A stretch of DNA of 63,938 nt, counting the filler, from Choristocarpus tenellus KU-1152 (Eukaryota; Protista; Phaeophyceae), in assembly GCA_964200185.2 (NCBI GenBank). It is 4 parts of 4 records of this genome, joined end to end, with 100 filler letters (N's around TTAATTAATTAA, not from the genome) between each part and the next. Parts side by side here need not be neighbours in the genome. Positions count along the whole stretch, not along the records: positions 28,745 to 46,697 come from CAXNAD020000601.1; positions 46,798 to 61,099 come from CAXNAD020001231.1; 2 more parts are not named here. The stretch is one strand, 5' to 3'. The notes under the pieces were generated by a model. It ran no database searches. It was not told where the DNA came from and was given only the letters and a program-made list of their open reading frames with translations. A program made the position numbers and the translations under genes. Shown piece by piece: positions 39,863 through 52,700 of the stretch. Numbering within the stretch: the stretch's first letter is position 1; the number at the start of each line of letters is the position of its first letter.

Positions 39863-40124
39863 GAGCCAAAGTATCTTAGGGTTAGGGTAGGACCGCGTCC
39901 ATTTGGGGACTAAAATCTAAAGTTGCGATTTTGATGAAATTTTGACTATTGTGTTTGTTTGGAAGTGTCAATATCCTTGTTCCAGACACACCTTTTCATA
40001 ACATATACACTTTATCTACTCAGAAATATTCTTGAGTAGGAAAATGTCACAAAAAAAACATGGGAGACTAAGCCCCAAATGGACAAACAGGACAAAACTC
40101 GTACCCTCTAAGATACTTTCACTC
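39863..40124 (-). mobile_element. MITE family A copy (inverted) with telomeric insertion in the GAGCC-end TIR
   Basis: GAGCCAAAGTATCTTAGGGTTAGGGTAG ... GATACTTTCACTC; TSD AAAC. Confidence 0.92.
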
Positions 40125-40676
40125 AAACACTGTAACTCCCTTAGAAGAGGGGGATTACTTTGGTGTGTAAAGTCAGTTACTGGAGTCATCTCACAGGAGC
40201 ATGCGTAGCTGGGATTGAAGGTGTAGATATGAGGAGCGGCAAGGCATCAGCAAAGAAGGTTACTATACCGGCGCCCAAAAAGGTTCAACCCTTCGTTGGA
40301 GGCGTTTCGTGTACACACTAGACTGCACCAAAAAAAAATGAAGGGTATGTTCGGCTATGAAAGGGACTAGCATATACTGTGAAAGAATTCGAAGTATGAT
40401 CAAAGAGTCGTGGCATGGCACCAGTACATAAGGTCTCCCAAGAACCATGGCACGTCTGTTACTATACAGGTGAAACAAGTGATGTGTTTCACAGATGCAA
40501 AAAACTTAGAAGGAATGTACACGTACGCATTGCCTTGGTTGGTACCGAGGACCAAAAAGCAAAGGCTCACCTGTTGTTTCACCTTTCAAAAATATTACCA
40601 ACAACAAAAAAAAAGGCCCACAATAGCGTACAGATATCTGTTGTGTGGTTCCTGCTCCAAGTTCAAACTTTGTACT

Positions 40677-40933
40677 GAGTCAAAGTAAGCAAAAGGCACC
40701 CAGAGATGCATTTCAAGGTTGATGAAAAATATCTGCAAAATTCGGCTCTTTTACAAATTTGTATAGGACATTTTCTGCATTCTGTAGAAAAGTCTCAAAC
40801 AACTGAGAAATCAACGCTCTAAAGTCAAACTTAGCACTTCATCCATAGAAATATGGGTGAACTGCAAAAGATTAAAAAACTGACTTAAAATGCAAAACGG
40901 TCAAATCTGGGTACCTCTCGTTTACTTTGGCTC
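40677..40933 (+). mobile_element. MITE family B copy
   Basis: GAGTCAAAGTAAGCAAAAGGCACCCAGA ... TCTGGGTACCTCTCGTTTACTTTGGCTC; flanks ACT/ACT; internal CTTAG.ACTTCATCCATAGAA shared with the 12184 copy. Confidence 0.8.
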
Positions 40934-42962
40934 ACTTCAACAGGATGTGAGGCCCAGTTGTTGGTTGAAATGCTCCCCATTAAAACCTTGAAGTACGTGA
41001 GGACACCTTGTGGTGTTTCTATGGCACCAAAAGGCTTTCTTGAGGATTACGTCTACGAGGAAATTGAATTTGACTTCACACCCCAAGTACTTTGCATTAA
41101 GAGAACAGTACTTCACAGACACAATGACAGCAGTAGAGGACTTAGTGAAACACAGTAGGCATGAGTATGAACGAACTTCCAGCAAAGTGACATCAAGTCT
41201 TCTTATTGAAGAGGCAATGATTGTTGCAGGGGGAAGTATCCCATTGGCTCATTGTTACATGCAGGGCAATTCTATTTGCCTATACATGTGTGCTGCTCTT
41301 CGTGCCATCTACACCACCAAGTACCCCTTAACTAACTGACATTATCCATACATTGCTGCAAACCCAAGACAACAAAAAGGATGAACAAAAAAAGATAAAC
41401 TATGGATAGGAAAAAACACGCTGGACACGACAGAAAAAACAGATACGCTTGAGAGTAGTGACTGATTTTGTGGTGCAGTACCACAAGAAAGATGTCGGTC
41501 CTTCACGGTGAACTCCGAAAGAGTCAACCAAAACTAACAGAAAACAGGCACTGACCCCAATCTGACGCCTTAGTAAGCATAACGACGTGTATCGCTGACG
41601 TCAGAAACAGAAGCGCATCTTCAATACCCACTCCGTCTCAACCCCCCCCCCCCGACCTCAAACCGTTCCCGCGACAAGGTTGACCTCGGTGTGAGTACAT
41701 GGGATCATGGCCTCACTGAGGGCAAGATTGGTGCTGATATCAAAGCCAGTCTAGAAGCAGTACGAAAGGAGAAAAAGGTGCAGATCTACCAGCAGTACAG
41801 AGAGGTTGTGGTGGGGATCTCCTTATTATGATAGATGGTCAGCATTTCAGCATCACCGTAAGTGATTAAATATTCAAGAAACCAAAGAGCGTAACCAAAG
41901 TGCAAGACTGACATCGGGAACAGCATATGAATCAGTACTCAGTCACTGATGCAGCGAACGAGGAAACCAACCTAGTACAGTAGAGGATAGATTGGGAAAT
42001 GGAATGATTCCGGGGTTGAGTAATAGAGTTAGTTGAGAGAGGTGTAACATTGTGCGATGTCGGCCACACCAATAATTGTGCCACCTCGTCGATGTGAGTG
42101 GATATCTTTAGTCCTGAGGGTGAGGTACGCATTCGATTGCAGAGCAATGGCACACCCCTGAAGCTGACTGCCAACTTGCCCACAATACGTTGTAGATAAG
42201 TGGTGTATCTTACAATGGCCGCAAACAACTCCTTGCCGACTGTCTGGAGTGTGATCCAATGCCGACAGATCTTCATTTGATTCCTCGTCCAGGACAGATG
42301 GGGGTTTGAAAATAGAAGCAGTTGATGTAATATCATTAACATATCTTGTTATCTTAATACAGACAGATACGGAACAACTTACATGACCAAAGTCACCCCT
42401 CCGTCTTTCTTCACTCTCCTTCCCCCCCCCTCCGTGGGATACTATCCCTTTTAGACGTCCCCCATGAAATGAGTTGCTTAGAAGGCACTGCTACTTCGAC
42501 CGTGTTTGCGACGGAGATTTTCCAACGAGTAAGGAAGTTGTGACCAAGACCTGTCTTCAGGAGACTTGTCTCCTTTCATACGACAAACGTAATGTGGAAT
42601 TTTCTCGAGTTAGTTACCAACACCCTATATCGTATCATACTCCTAAAAAAACTAGAAATGGGTAAACAGACATACTTCAAATCCAACCTTACAGTAGTCT
42701 TTCAAACCTGAAACGTTCACTTCTTCTGTATTGCAGAATACGGAATGGGGATTTCAAGGACGGAACGCATCGTGACCTTCATCTCTTGTTGGAGAACGTT
42801 CCACCTCATGCATTTTTTCCCATGATCTGATGAGGGAAGGCAATGGTGCGATGTTCTAGAGCGCTGTTGTCTGCATACTTCAAGAGTGATCTACCGATAT
42901 GCCACGCCGAATCCTGGTAGTTGTGTCCAGTCGTGTATGTTGGTTGTCTCGAATCGCATGTG

Positions 42963-44820
42963 ATGGGGGACAAAGAGAAGAACACTTCAATCGAGATTGG
43001 GGGAGATATCGTCCATACCGCAGTTGATGAAGACAGAGAAGCAAAAGAGATAGGAGATAGGTCAATTGTGTATGACTCTGGTCAAGATACCGTGTCAGGT
43101 GGTGGGACCCGCCTTTCGAACATCAAAATACAGCGAAATAAGTCGACAAGGTAATACAGTTGGTTCCTCTTACCTTAGCACAACTCTCTCCAACGCGTCG
43201 CAGCGTCATCCTCCCGTCATACTGTTGACTAATATACAGTCCCGAACACACCTCTAGATAGTTGTGGGAGAGTGTTGAATACTCAGTTGCAGCAGCTTCC
43301 AAAATAGGTCAATTACACAACCGCCCTCTTCATTTTTGATACCCCCCTTACTACTTCTTGCTTACAAATAGTTCTTTGAATGCAAACTCACAATGCCTTC
43401 AAGTCCCTTAAAACGTTTTCCCCTGTGCCTTGAATTGCAATCCTCTCATCGTTGTGTATCTCTCAAGAGTACACTCCTCCCGCATGGTGATCGTCACCTT
43501 GCCTTCCATTGTTATCTGCCCCTCTTCCCCCTTCTCTATCCATATGTTGATCGCCTTTGTCTTCCAAACATGGCAGAGCTTGACGCCGGAAAAGGATGGG
43601 GCCCAAATGAAGGAAGATATGGACGATTCTACTAAAGAGATTATATTAGGGGGAGGCAGCGAGAGAGTGCTGTTCAGCAAAGTGACACGCGAGCGCGAAG
43701 AGGAGCTGAAGAGCTTGATAGAACAGGTTCACAGGGAGGTTGTCAAGAGCATCGATGTCATGAACCGACAGGTGGGAAGGGGCTGGACTAAAGAGGATAA
43801 TGCAGCTTCCATACTTCAGCATGGTGCACCCCCTCAAAACAGCATTTTTTCACTTGTCACCTCAATCAGGGACGTTATTGTCTAAGGATGCTGTCCTAAT
43901 TGTCATTTACTCCTCCACCAAAACGCCTTCTCCTTGAGTGAAGTGCCAGCCTTCTGTGCAACCAGCAGTGCGCAAAACGGAAGGTGTATATAGTATGTGC
44001 ACATTGTTCAATACTTCATATACAGATATAGATATAACCATATACACATATACAGTCGTAACAAAGGTTCTCCGCCCCTTGTCTCTTGAGAAAATCACAC
44101 TAAACTCTCCCAGGACAGAGGGTGATCCTTTGTCAACATTCCACGGATACAAGGTATTGCTGGAGTTGTACTTTACACATAAGATACATGCAATTCTGGT
44201 TGTCCCCATGCCTGCGAACTTGTTCAATTTCTCTTCACCACTACTTAATACCCCCCCCCACCCCACACACCATTTCTTATGGCGGTCCAATTTCTTTGCA
44301 GTATGCCTTACACCTCATAATGCACTGCAGCAACGTCCCCTCTTCACATCAGTCCCTAAATTGCAAGGTTGTCATATTAGTGTCAATCGCATGAGATGAG
44401 ACTCCTCAAACCTCGACATGAAGAAGCACAAACTATAACAATTCAATGAACACAATACAGCACAACCACAGTGGTTTTTGGGAAGACTTAAACTGCACTT
44501 TGCTGTCACTCTGTACCCCTATCACCTTCCTCCGGCATGAAACCCTGGTCTACACCACACCAAAAGCAGACTCTGGAAAAAGAAGGTGCCCGTCTCAAGG
44601 AGGAGAACTCCCTCCTCCGAAAGAAACTGGACGAGGCAGAAGCAGCGTTTGCAGCAGGTTTGGAGGAGAACAAAAAGGACTCTCTCACCCGAAGATTGGA
44701 CCTGGTCAATTCAAAGAAAGAGGTGGAGCAAGCAAAGGCAGAGGTGAAAAGATTCAGCTCGGGACTGCCGCCTCCCTGCGTCTTAGTCGACCGCGGGGTA
44801 TGCAAAGTGTTTGATGCAGG

Positions 44821-44864
<44 letters not shown>

Positions 44865-44954
44865 AGCTGTTGTTAAAAGGCGGACGACAACGTTTTGGTC
44901 TTCAGAAAAGAAAAAAAAAATCATCTGTCTAATTTTTTTTCCCTCTCTCTCTCT

Positions 44955-44986
<32 letters not shown>

Positions 44987-46561
44987 CTTTTTTTTTTTTT
45001 TCTTGTTCCCCCTTGTCCCATCTTCATCTTCCTACACGACGAATCAAAAACCTCTTCTCCAGCGTCGGATGGTAGTGCACGCGCATCGTCCGCCACGTCT
45101 TTTCACAAATGTTCTGCTCATTTCTACGGAGTCACGTAACTCCTAAAAAGAAGAAAAAAAAAAGAGTAGATATATGTCTTCGGTGACGTCGCTGTGACGC
45201 CTCCCTCCTCTCACACCCCGCTCCGTCCTCTGCCGTAGCTAGGCCAGCGGGAGGGTGGGTGATCAAGTACTACTCCAGGGGTGGGACACAACTTCGTTTG
45301 TTTGTTTTTTTAAGAAAAAAGAAGAAGAAAAAAAGCTAACTTGCTCTCCGCGTGTTGCTCCATCGCGATGGTGTCCTCTGCCCGAGGAAGGCATCGTGTT
45401 TTTCTGATTTTGTTTTTTTGTCCCTGCTTCCCCGCTCTTGTTTTTTTTCTGTACTTACAGAGAGGAACAAGTTTTTTTGCTCTTTTTTTTTCCACGAAAC
45501 CTTTTTTATTATTATTATAATAATTGTTATTATTATTATTACTATTATTATTATTATTTATTTATTTTGGTCACACATCATGGTCGTCCATCTTCAACGA
45601 ATACATTCATTCGTTCATTACATCACCGTCTCCGCGGCGTGCTTGTCGGAGTCGCATGCGATTCCTCTTGAGGAACAAACAAACAAAATAAAAAAAGTTT
45701 GGTGGGTGAATTGTTCCTCCCCTAGGCGCCCCCCCCCCCCAAACCCCCCCCCCCCCCCCCCACCCCCCCCCCCCCCCCCACCTCCCCCCCTCCTTCTCCC
45801 TCTNNNNNNNNNNCCTCCCCTAGGCGCCCCCCCCCCCAAACCCCCTTCCCCCCTCCCATCCCCTCCCCTCCCCTCCCCTCAATCTATCCTTTTCTAAGTT
45901 TTTTGCTATCGCCCTGCACTCACCTTAGTAGACAATGCCTCCCAATGAATATGCAGATCTCATGTGTATGTATGTCACGGTGTGATTTCTCACGCCGTTT
46001 GACACAAACTGGTACCGACCGTCTCCCATCCCTTACATCCACCCCATGTCGTATGCAGGTGACCATGTGCCAAACGCAACTTGCAATCGAGGCTAAAAGG
46101 GCCTCAGCCCTTCAAGATGAGCTGAGAGCTTCCAACGATTCCCTGGCAACACTGAATGTGTGGGACAAGGAGCGCAGCACCTGTGAGAGACTGGTGAGGA
46201 CAAAGCTCAACACTTGAGTTGTTGGCGATGAGAAAAAGCAAATCCCTCATGAGAATCCGCCTTTAATCGTACCACAAAAACTTCATCCTCCTCCTTTTCT
46301 GTTACTCTCTGTGTTGCCACCCCTGCTGCTGCTGTCCTTGCCACTATATATCAGAAAGGTTCCTAGCCCTAGCCCTAGCCCAAACTCCAAAACGTCTTCC
46401 ACTTCTCCGCGTGCCTCACCTCCCTACAGATAGCATCATTGAGGGGTGAGCTCAGCTCAGCACTGGAGGAAAGGTCTCGCACCCTTGAAGATGCTGAGCG
46501 AAGTGTTCGCCTGAAGACTATATCCTTGACCCAGCAAAGTTGCACTGAGCTCAATCTGTGA
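42963..46561 (+). CDS. Spliced coiled-coil protein of unknown function
   Basis: Phase-0 GT-AG exons 43577-43771, ~44567-44743, 46059-46193 and 46430-46561 encode heptad-rich sequence (LEKEGARLKEENSLLRKKLDEAE, IASLRGELSSALEERSRTLEDAE). 5' exon 42963-43150 and a possible further exon 41679-41804 are less certain. Confidence 0.6.
44823..44857. repeat. (GA)n microsatellite
   Basis: Read directly; lies in an intron alongside (TA)n, (ATT)n and poly-C tracts. Confidence 0.9.
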
Positions 46562-46669
46562 GATGAAAGATATATTTATATATATATATGTTTATTTATT
46601 TTTCTTAAAATCCCTCTCTGCAGCACCACCATGCCTGCTAGCTATCCTTGTCCTGACCTATCTCTTTGT

Positions 46670-46697
46670 GGCTCAAAGTATATGAGGGGGGGGGAGG
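46670..46697 (+). mobile_element. Start of a family C-like MITE, truncated by contig end
   Basis: GGCTCAAAGTATATGAGGGGGGGG resembles the reverse complement of the 13161 terminus. Confidence 0.5.
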
Positions 46698-46797
46698 NNN
46701 NNNNNNNNNNNNNNNNNNNNNNNNNNNNNNNNNNNNNNNNNTTAATTAATTAANNNNNNNNNNNNNNNNNNNNNNNNNNNNNNNNNNNNNNNNNNNN
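46698..46797. other. Artificial contig linker
   Basis: N44-TTAATTAATTAA-N44. Confidence 0.95.
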
Positions 46798-46859
46798 ACT
46801 TCATGTACAACCTGTTCTACATAATAAGGAAATAATCGAGTTATTTATACACACAAGTC

Positions 46860-48140
46860 TTGGGAACACCAGTTTCTTTAACAAACCAGCTATTCAATAT
46901 TCTCCTTACCACCGGCTGCAGACCTGTCAACGATCTACTTCATGGACTCCAGCAGCAAAATGAAACCACCCTCAATGGCGGCCTCTCTGCCTGGCATGCG
47001 CTCAAAACCAAGTACGAGGTGGCCACCAAGCAATGGCTGTACACTGTCCACCACCGGTTTGAACATTGCACCATGTAACCCGGGGAGGACCCTGACCAAT
47101 GGCTGATTCGACTTTACTGGATCAAGGCTGAACTTGAAGGATTTAGCGAGATCAGAGCCAATGTATCTTGAAGGGTAGAGCTGTGTCCATTTGGAGACCC
47201 AAATCCAATGTTGAGATTTTGATGTAATTTTGGCTACTATCGTGTTTGTTAGGAAGTTTCAATATCCCTGTTCCGGACACAACTTTTCGTAATGTACACA
47301 TTTGAACTACTCTGAATCATTTTGGAGTTGGAAAATGTCATAAAAGAACCCAGGGGAAGCCAATCGCCAAATAATGGACAAACAGGGCAAAACCCGTACT
47401 CTCTAAGACACTTTCACTCATCATCGGCAACTTTTGCCTTTGGGCTGCACTCCTCTCCAGACTCTCCACGATGTTCTTCGGAGACAAGACGAATCCATTT
47501 CGATTTCACCACGGAATACCTCATCTCTGCAATTCGGGCCACCTAAAACAATAATCTCAACTTGGCTGATAGTGCTTTTGATGGGAACCCCAATGTCGCC
47601 CTCATTGTCAACCCACCCGTGCCGCCATTACCACCAGCCTGGACATCGTCCACACCAATGCCCCCATCGCCACACCACCTCCGTCCCACCATATCCACCC
47701 ACTGCACCCCCCATCGGCCCCTGGTCCTCTACCACCTGTCTCAAACCCACACCGATCAAGAATGTCACACACAGTGCCGCCAACTCCATTACCAATCCAT
47801 CCAACAACCCCTATCACCTACCTCCACCACGACTACCCCCACAGCCACCTGTGATCCCACACGCCGTCCAACTTGCCCACGCCATCCAGCCTGCACAAGC
47901 CATTTCATCCATCCTCTTTTGGCACCATCAACTTGCACATCTCAATGAAGGGGGCAATTATCACCTGAAAACCACCCATCCTACCGTCCTCGACTTCCCT
48001 ACCACAGCCCCCCTACCACCCTGTCCTCATGTTCCCTGAACAGTCCACCCACCAATCACACCCCAAGATCTCCACCACCCAAGATAATGACCTGACTGAG
48101 CGTCAGTGCCGTACTATATTCTCCAAAGCCCGATTGTCTT
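46860..48140 (+). mobile_element. Ty1/Copia LTR-retrotransposon relic (gag, gag-pre-integrase, integrase fragment)
   Basis: GLSAWHALKTKYE..PGEDPDQWLIRL (gag), FWHHQLAHLN (LWHxRLGH-like), NDLTERQCRTIFSKAR (NGxAERxNRT-like); internally deleted. Confidence 0.75.
47155..47419 (-). mobile_element. MITE family A copy nested in Copia gag
   Basis: GAGCCAATGTATCTTGAAGGGTAG ... GACACTTTCACTC; TSD ATCA. Confidence 0.9.
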
Positions 48141-49708
48141 CAACACCCCTCAACTTGGGTTTTACGTAAATGTACCAAGGAAACCATTTTTTCAACTTAC
48201 TTAATGTCAATCGAAGTGGACAAGATGAGGTTGTCATTGAAGGTCTATGTGGACGCTTGAGGGAAGGAATTCCCTTTAACGGTCATTCCAGCGCGTGAAA
48301 AACTTTGGTGATTTGAGATAGAGGAGATGACAACCGAGGTGGGAATGTGATTTGCTTCAATTTGTATTGGTATATTCGTACGCATCTGTGCCGTAGTCAA
48401 ACGTGTGACAAAGACGCTATTTCTTTCTTTCTTGGGTGTCCCTCGCAACAACATACCTTGTATCATTAATACCAGCACCTCATCTTACAATTCATTTTGG
48501 AATTGTTTGATGTTTATTACTCACAAAAGAATTACACTCGTCTTGAGAATTAGATGCACTCAGATGAATCTATCGTGACAGTACTGTGAAAGGATAATCC
48601 TATTAAGTACTCCTCTTGCTTCTTACTTGCAACATCCACACAATTGGCTACTACTGCCGACTTTCTATCGCCAGGATGTGAGTTGGTTACAGGGGGGGGC
48701 TGCGCCAGGGGAGAAGAGGAGGGGAAGCTCCACCTATTAGTACCCACTGTTCCAGCAGCCCCACCCAGTAGGAAAGAAACAGTGGGGGTTGTGCTTGTCT
48801 GGATAAACCCATGAGGGCTTTATTGTCGGCAAAAGAGATGGAAAGAACATCTGCCACTAAGCACCCACGATGCTCAAGTAGGAGCAGGGGGAAAGGGCAT
48901 AGGTGGGGGTCGTATGCTATGTGCCTGAGTAACAGGGATGTGCTGTGTCTGGGTCAAAGAGATGAGGTCTTCAAGAAAGGGGGATATGTGACTACCTGTC
49001 TGTGAAAAAATTGATGATCAAACGAAGAACGTACCTATGTAGCTGTCGAGTCTTGTGCCTAAGTGTGACCTTTAAAGTGGCCAACAAGGGATTCAAAATT
49101 GCAATAGAAGCATGACACAGATCGGGACCCTTCCTGACAACACCAAAACAAATCACATTCTGAGTCAACATCCCCTCAACAATCTTGAGGGGAAAGTGGT
49201 TGGAAGGGAAAGGGGTATCTGACGGTAGTTACAGACATGCACCATTCCGCATGTAGCGATAGGTACTAATAGTAACATCCTTCCTCCACATATGCCCCAA
49301 TCCAATCAAAAGTTTTATTATGTAGAAAGGTGATGAGATGGAATCATGTGAACGCGCGCAGGACCATATCTGCGATCGCCATCATGAATTACTTACTTAC
49401 TCACTACAACTTCACCACTACTTATCTTTCATTGCTTTTCAGGACATTTGCGTGAGATATTCCTGGAAGCTCCGTGGTCGAGGGAACCCTCGGTACTCAT
49501 ACGATATCTAATCTAGGGGAAGTATGGCCATGTACAGGAGGCTGGGCAGTGCAGGTGCTGCAGTGGTTCACCTTGGTGCTTCTATTGTAACCCCCCATGT
49601 GTCAATCTAAGTTTAAAGCAGTTCATGAGCATGACTTGAAGATGTGTTGAGAGCGCAATTGATATTGTTTATAAAACCTAGCCTCTCAATTTCTGCACTG
49701 CGTATAGC

Positions 49709-52700
49709 ATGTGCTGGAACCGCGCCCATGATATCTTCTCCTCATTCTGTCTTTTCTTAACAGTTGCGATACTAGCTTCTGCAGGCGCCTTCACAGTCCG
49801 TCCCTCACAGTTCTCCACCACACGTTGCTCGGCACCCCAGAGAGGTCCTCTTACCACACAGCATAGGACCTTGCAGGTATCTGCAGGCAGGCCTGAGGTG
49901 AGTGGAATCAAACTGTCGTGGCTCGCGTTGATGTAAATTTTGCAAGGAGAGAAATTAGTCAACTAACTTCGGACCATTTCTCACAGGGGATTGAGAACCA
50001 CATCTGCAAGACTGTTGATCCTGCCACGAACGGCTACATCATGCAGCAGACAATGCTCAGGTGCAGTGCTGCCCTGGTCACCTCGACAGCTGTAGTAATC
50101 GCTTCGAGGACCGAGGCGATTCTCTGGACTTTTTATCTTGACCCACGGGTTGGACATTGTGGGCAGTTTTATACAGTGCTATCTCTGTTGATACGTGTTG
50201 ACAAAGCCATACTAGAGTGTTGGAATCTGATGGAAAGGGAATAGTGACTTTTCTGCTGTGACCATTTTTGTCTGTGTACCTTGCATTACTACATTTTATT
50301 GCTTGAGTCATGAAATGTACTTGCCACTTGGTAATTAAATGCTCTGTGCAGCACCCATACCACACAGGTTTACTCATTATAGGCTTACAGTTTGTCTTTT
50401 CTTTTGTGTTAGGGTGAAAGATCCAGCCAAGAGTCTGGACTTCTACACACGCATACTTGGTATGAGGTGAGGGACCATGATGCTCTTCATGCATATATTT
50501 GAAGGGACATTTTTGTCACGTGTGCATCCTAAAGGACGGTATCTGAAGAACCTAAGATAGTTTTGCATCTGATCTTGTTCGTCCAGACTCATCCTCAAAA
50601 GTGGAAGTTGGAAAATGGTTGGAGAGCACAACAGTCCGGCATAGGTTTAACCTCTCCCTGTGTGATCTCCAACCATCCCAATTATGCAAGGTTGATGCAG
50701 GAGCTGCACTTTGCTGAGTGGGAGTTCAGCATTTACTTCTGCGGCTACTGCAACGAGGAAGACATCCCCTCTGATCCCAAGGAGCGTACTCGCTGGTGTT
50801 TTCAGCAGGTAGGGTCAGTGATGTATTGTTGAATCATGCTGTTGAGGATGCTGTGGGGGTCTGACCCTGAAAGAAAAGCAAGCACCACTTCCAAGGATTG
50901 CCAAGGACTCTATTGATGATATGCAGTGCATACTATACCATCCACTGATTCAATGTAGGGATAGTTTAGTTAGCAATGAAAAGAGCTTTAAGAGATGTGT
51001 TGCTGGGTTGAAGTGCATGGAGTTCCTACGATTTTTGTGGGAGTAACCTGACCTATGAAATTGCTGTTTCAAAATCAGTCATCCTTGAAGAATTCATTGC
51101 AGCAATTTTTTCCTCTTGCCAGATTATTTTCAAGCACACAATTGTAATGTAGTATTATCATGCTGCTGGGTACTTTCCACCTAAATTTGACTATCATACT
51201 CTATCCAAAATGAATTCTGCATATGAAGCCTGCTGCTGTGGAGCTCACCCACAACTGGGGAACTGAGAACGATGACACTGTAAAGTACCACAGTGGCAAT
51301 GAGGAACCAAAAGGATTTGGACACATCGGTGTGACAGTCCCTGATGTGTATGCAGCATGTGAGAGATTTGAGCGTGAGGGTGTACGCTTCCGCAAGACAC
51401 CCGATGGTGGCAACATGAAGGGATTGGTAAGTTGAACCTGGCTTTTGCAGGAGAGGGACGGTGAGGGGTGAGCTATTAACTCTATTGACATCAATAATGA
51501 GAAACCAACTTACAATGAAGGATAGTAAGTTGTATATTTTTTGTTGTGCTGTCAAAAGTCTCTGTACTGTGCCAAAGAACATCTGAAATCCAAGGGTTTT
51601 TATCTGCAGACCTGACAACAAGGAGAGAAATTGACACTTTCTTCCCACAATAAAAAAAAGGATACTTAGTGAGCGTTCTGATAGGGTAAGACTAGTTCGT
51701 GCTGTCACACCATCCAGTCAATGTTGGGATTGCCTATTTCAATATACTGTTTCCACCCCCAGACAATTTCGTGTCAACATATTCTTCTGTTACCATTTGC
51801 AAAAACTGTCCTGAAAATGCTTACATGTGCAGTATACATTGCATTGTGCAATTCCAGAAAAAAAAATCTTGACTGCCATTTTGTGGACATGGTTTGTATA
51901 TTCCAAGGACCGCCTAGACATTTGCTTTTCATTTGCACAATGTCACTTGCTGGAAATTTTCTTTAAAACTTGCTCACGAATGTGTGGCATGTTCTTTTGT
52001 CCTCAAACTGTTAGCATATTGTTTTTTCACCAACACCTATACAGCATTTGGTATATGATGCTAGGTTCAACACATTTCCTGAGTTCAAGACTTTAAGTCT
52101 GTATTTTATGAAAGTCCAATATTATTTGTTTTCAAGATTTCTGTATTGTGAGGGATTACCAATACCTTTGGATGACATACTTCAAAATTGTTGTCTTACT
52201 CTGGGGTGTGCATAGTATCTCAACACACACCAGCCAAACATGCCATGTAATACAAAAAAAAAGACACTGAAAGAGTCTTAGAGGATACAAGTTTTGCCCT
52301 GTTTGTCCATTTGGGGCTTGACTCTCCATGGGTTTTTTATGACATTTTCCTACCCTGAAGTCCTACTCCGAAATTTTTTGGAGTAGGTGAAATGCAAATG
52401 TCATGAAAGGTGTGTTTGGAACAAAGATATTGACACATCCTAAACAAACACTATAACCCAACTTACATCGAAATCGCAACATTAGATTTTGACCACAAAC
52501 TGACACACGGCTCTACCCTCTGAGGTACTTTGACTCACTTTGTTTTTAAAAATATGATCACAAGTCTTCATTTTGGTTGTTGGAAGGCTCATTTCATTGC
52601 TCTTCCAGTCATTCAGACCCATTGTTTTCAGACAATCTAACTGGAACACTCAACAGGTTGGTTTGTTACCTCAACTATAAAAATATGTGAGTTGGGGAAA

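Noticed and set aside
40140-41340. Possible third mariner relic around the family B MITE
   Set aside because: Only vague resemblance (KKQRLTCCF, AVEDLVKHSRHEYE); no catalytic motif readable.
45352-45897. 181-aa ORF with poly-I and poly-P
   Set aside because: (ATT)n and poly-C tracts around a 10-N gap inside an intron.
51181-51708. 175-aa minus-strand ORF
   Set aside because: Antisense to GLO1 exon 5 and intron; no independent coding signal.
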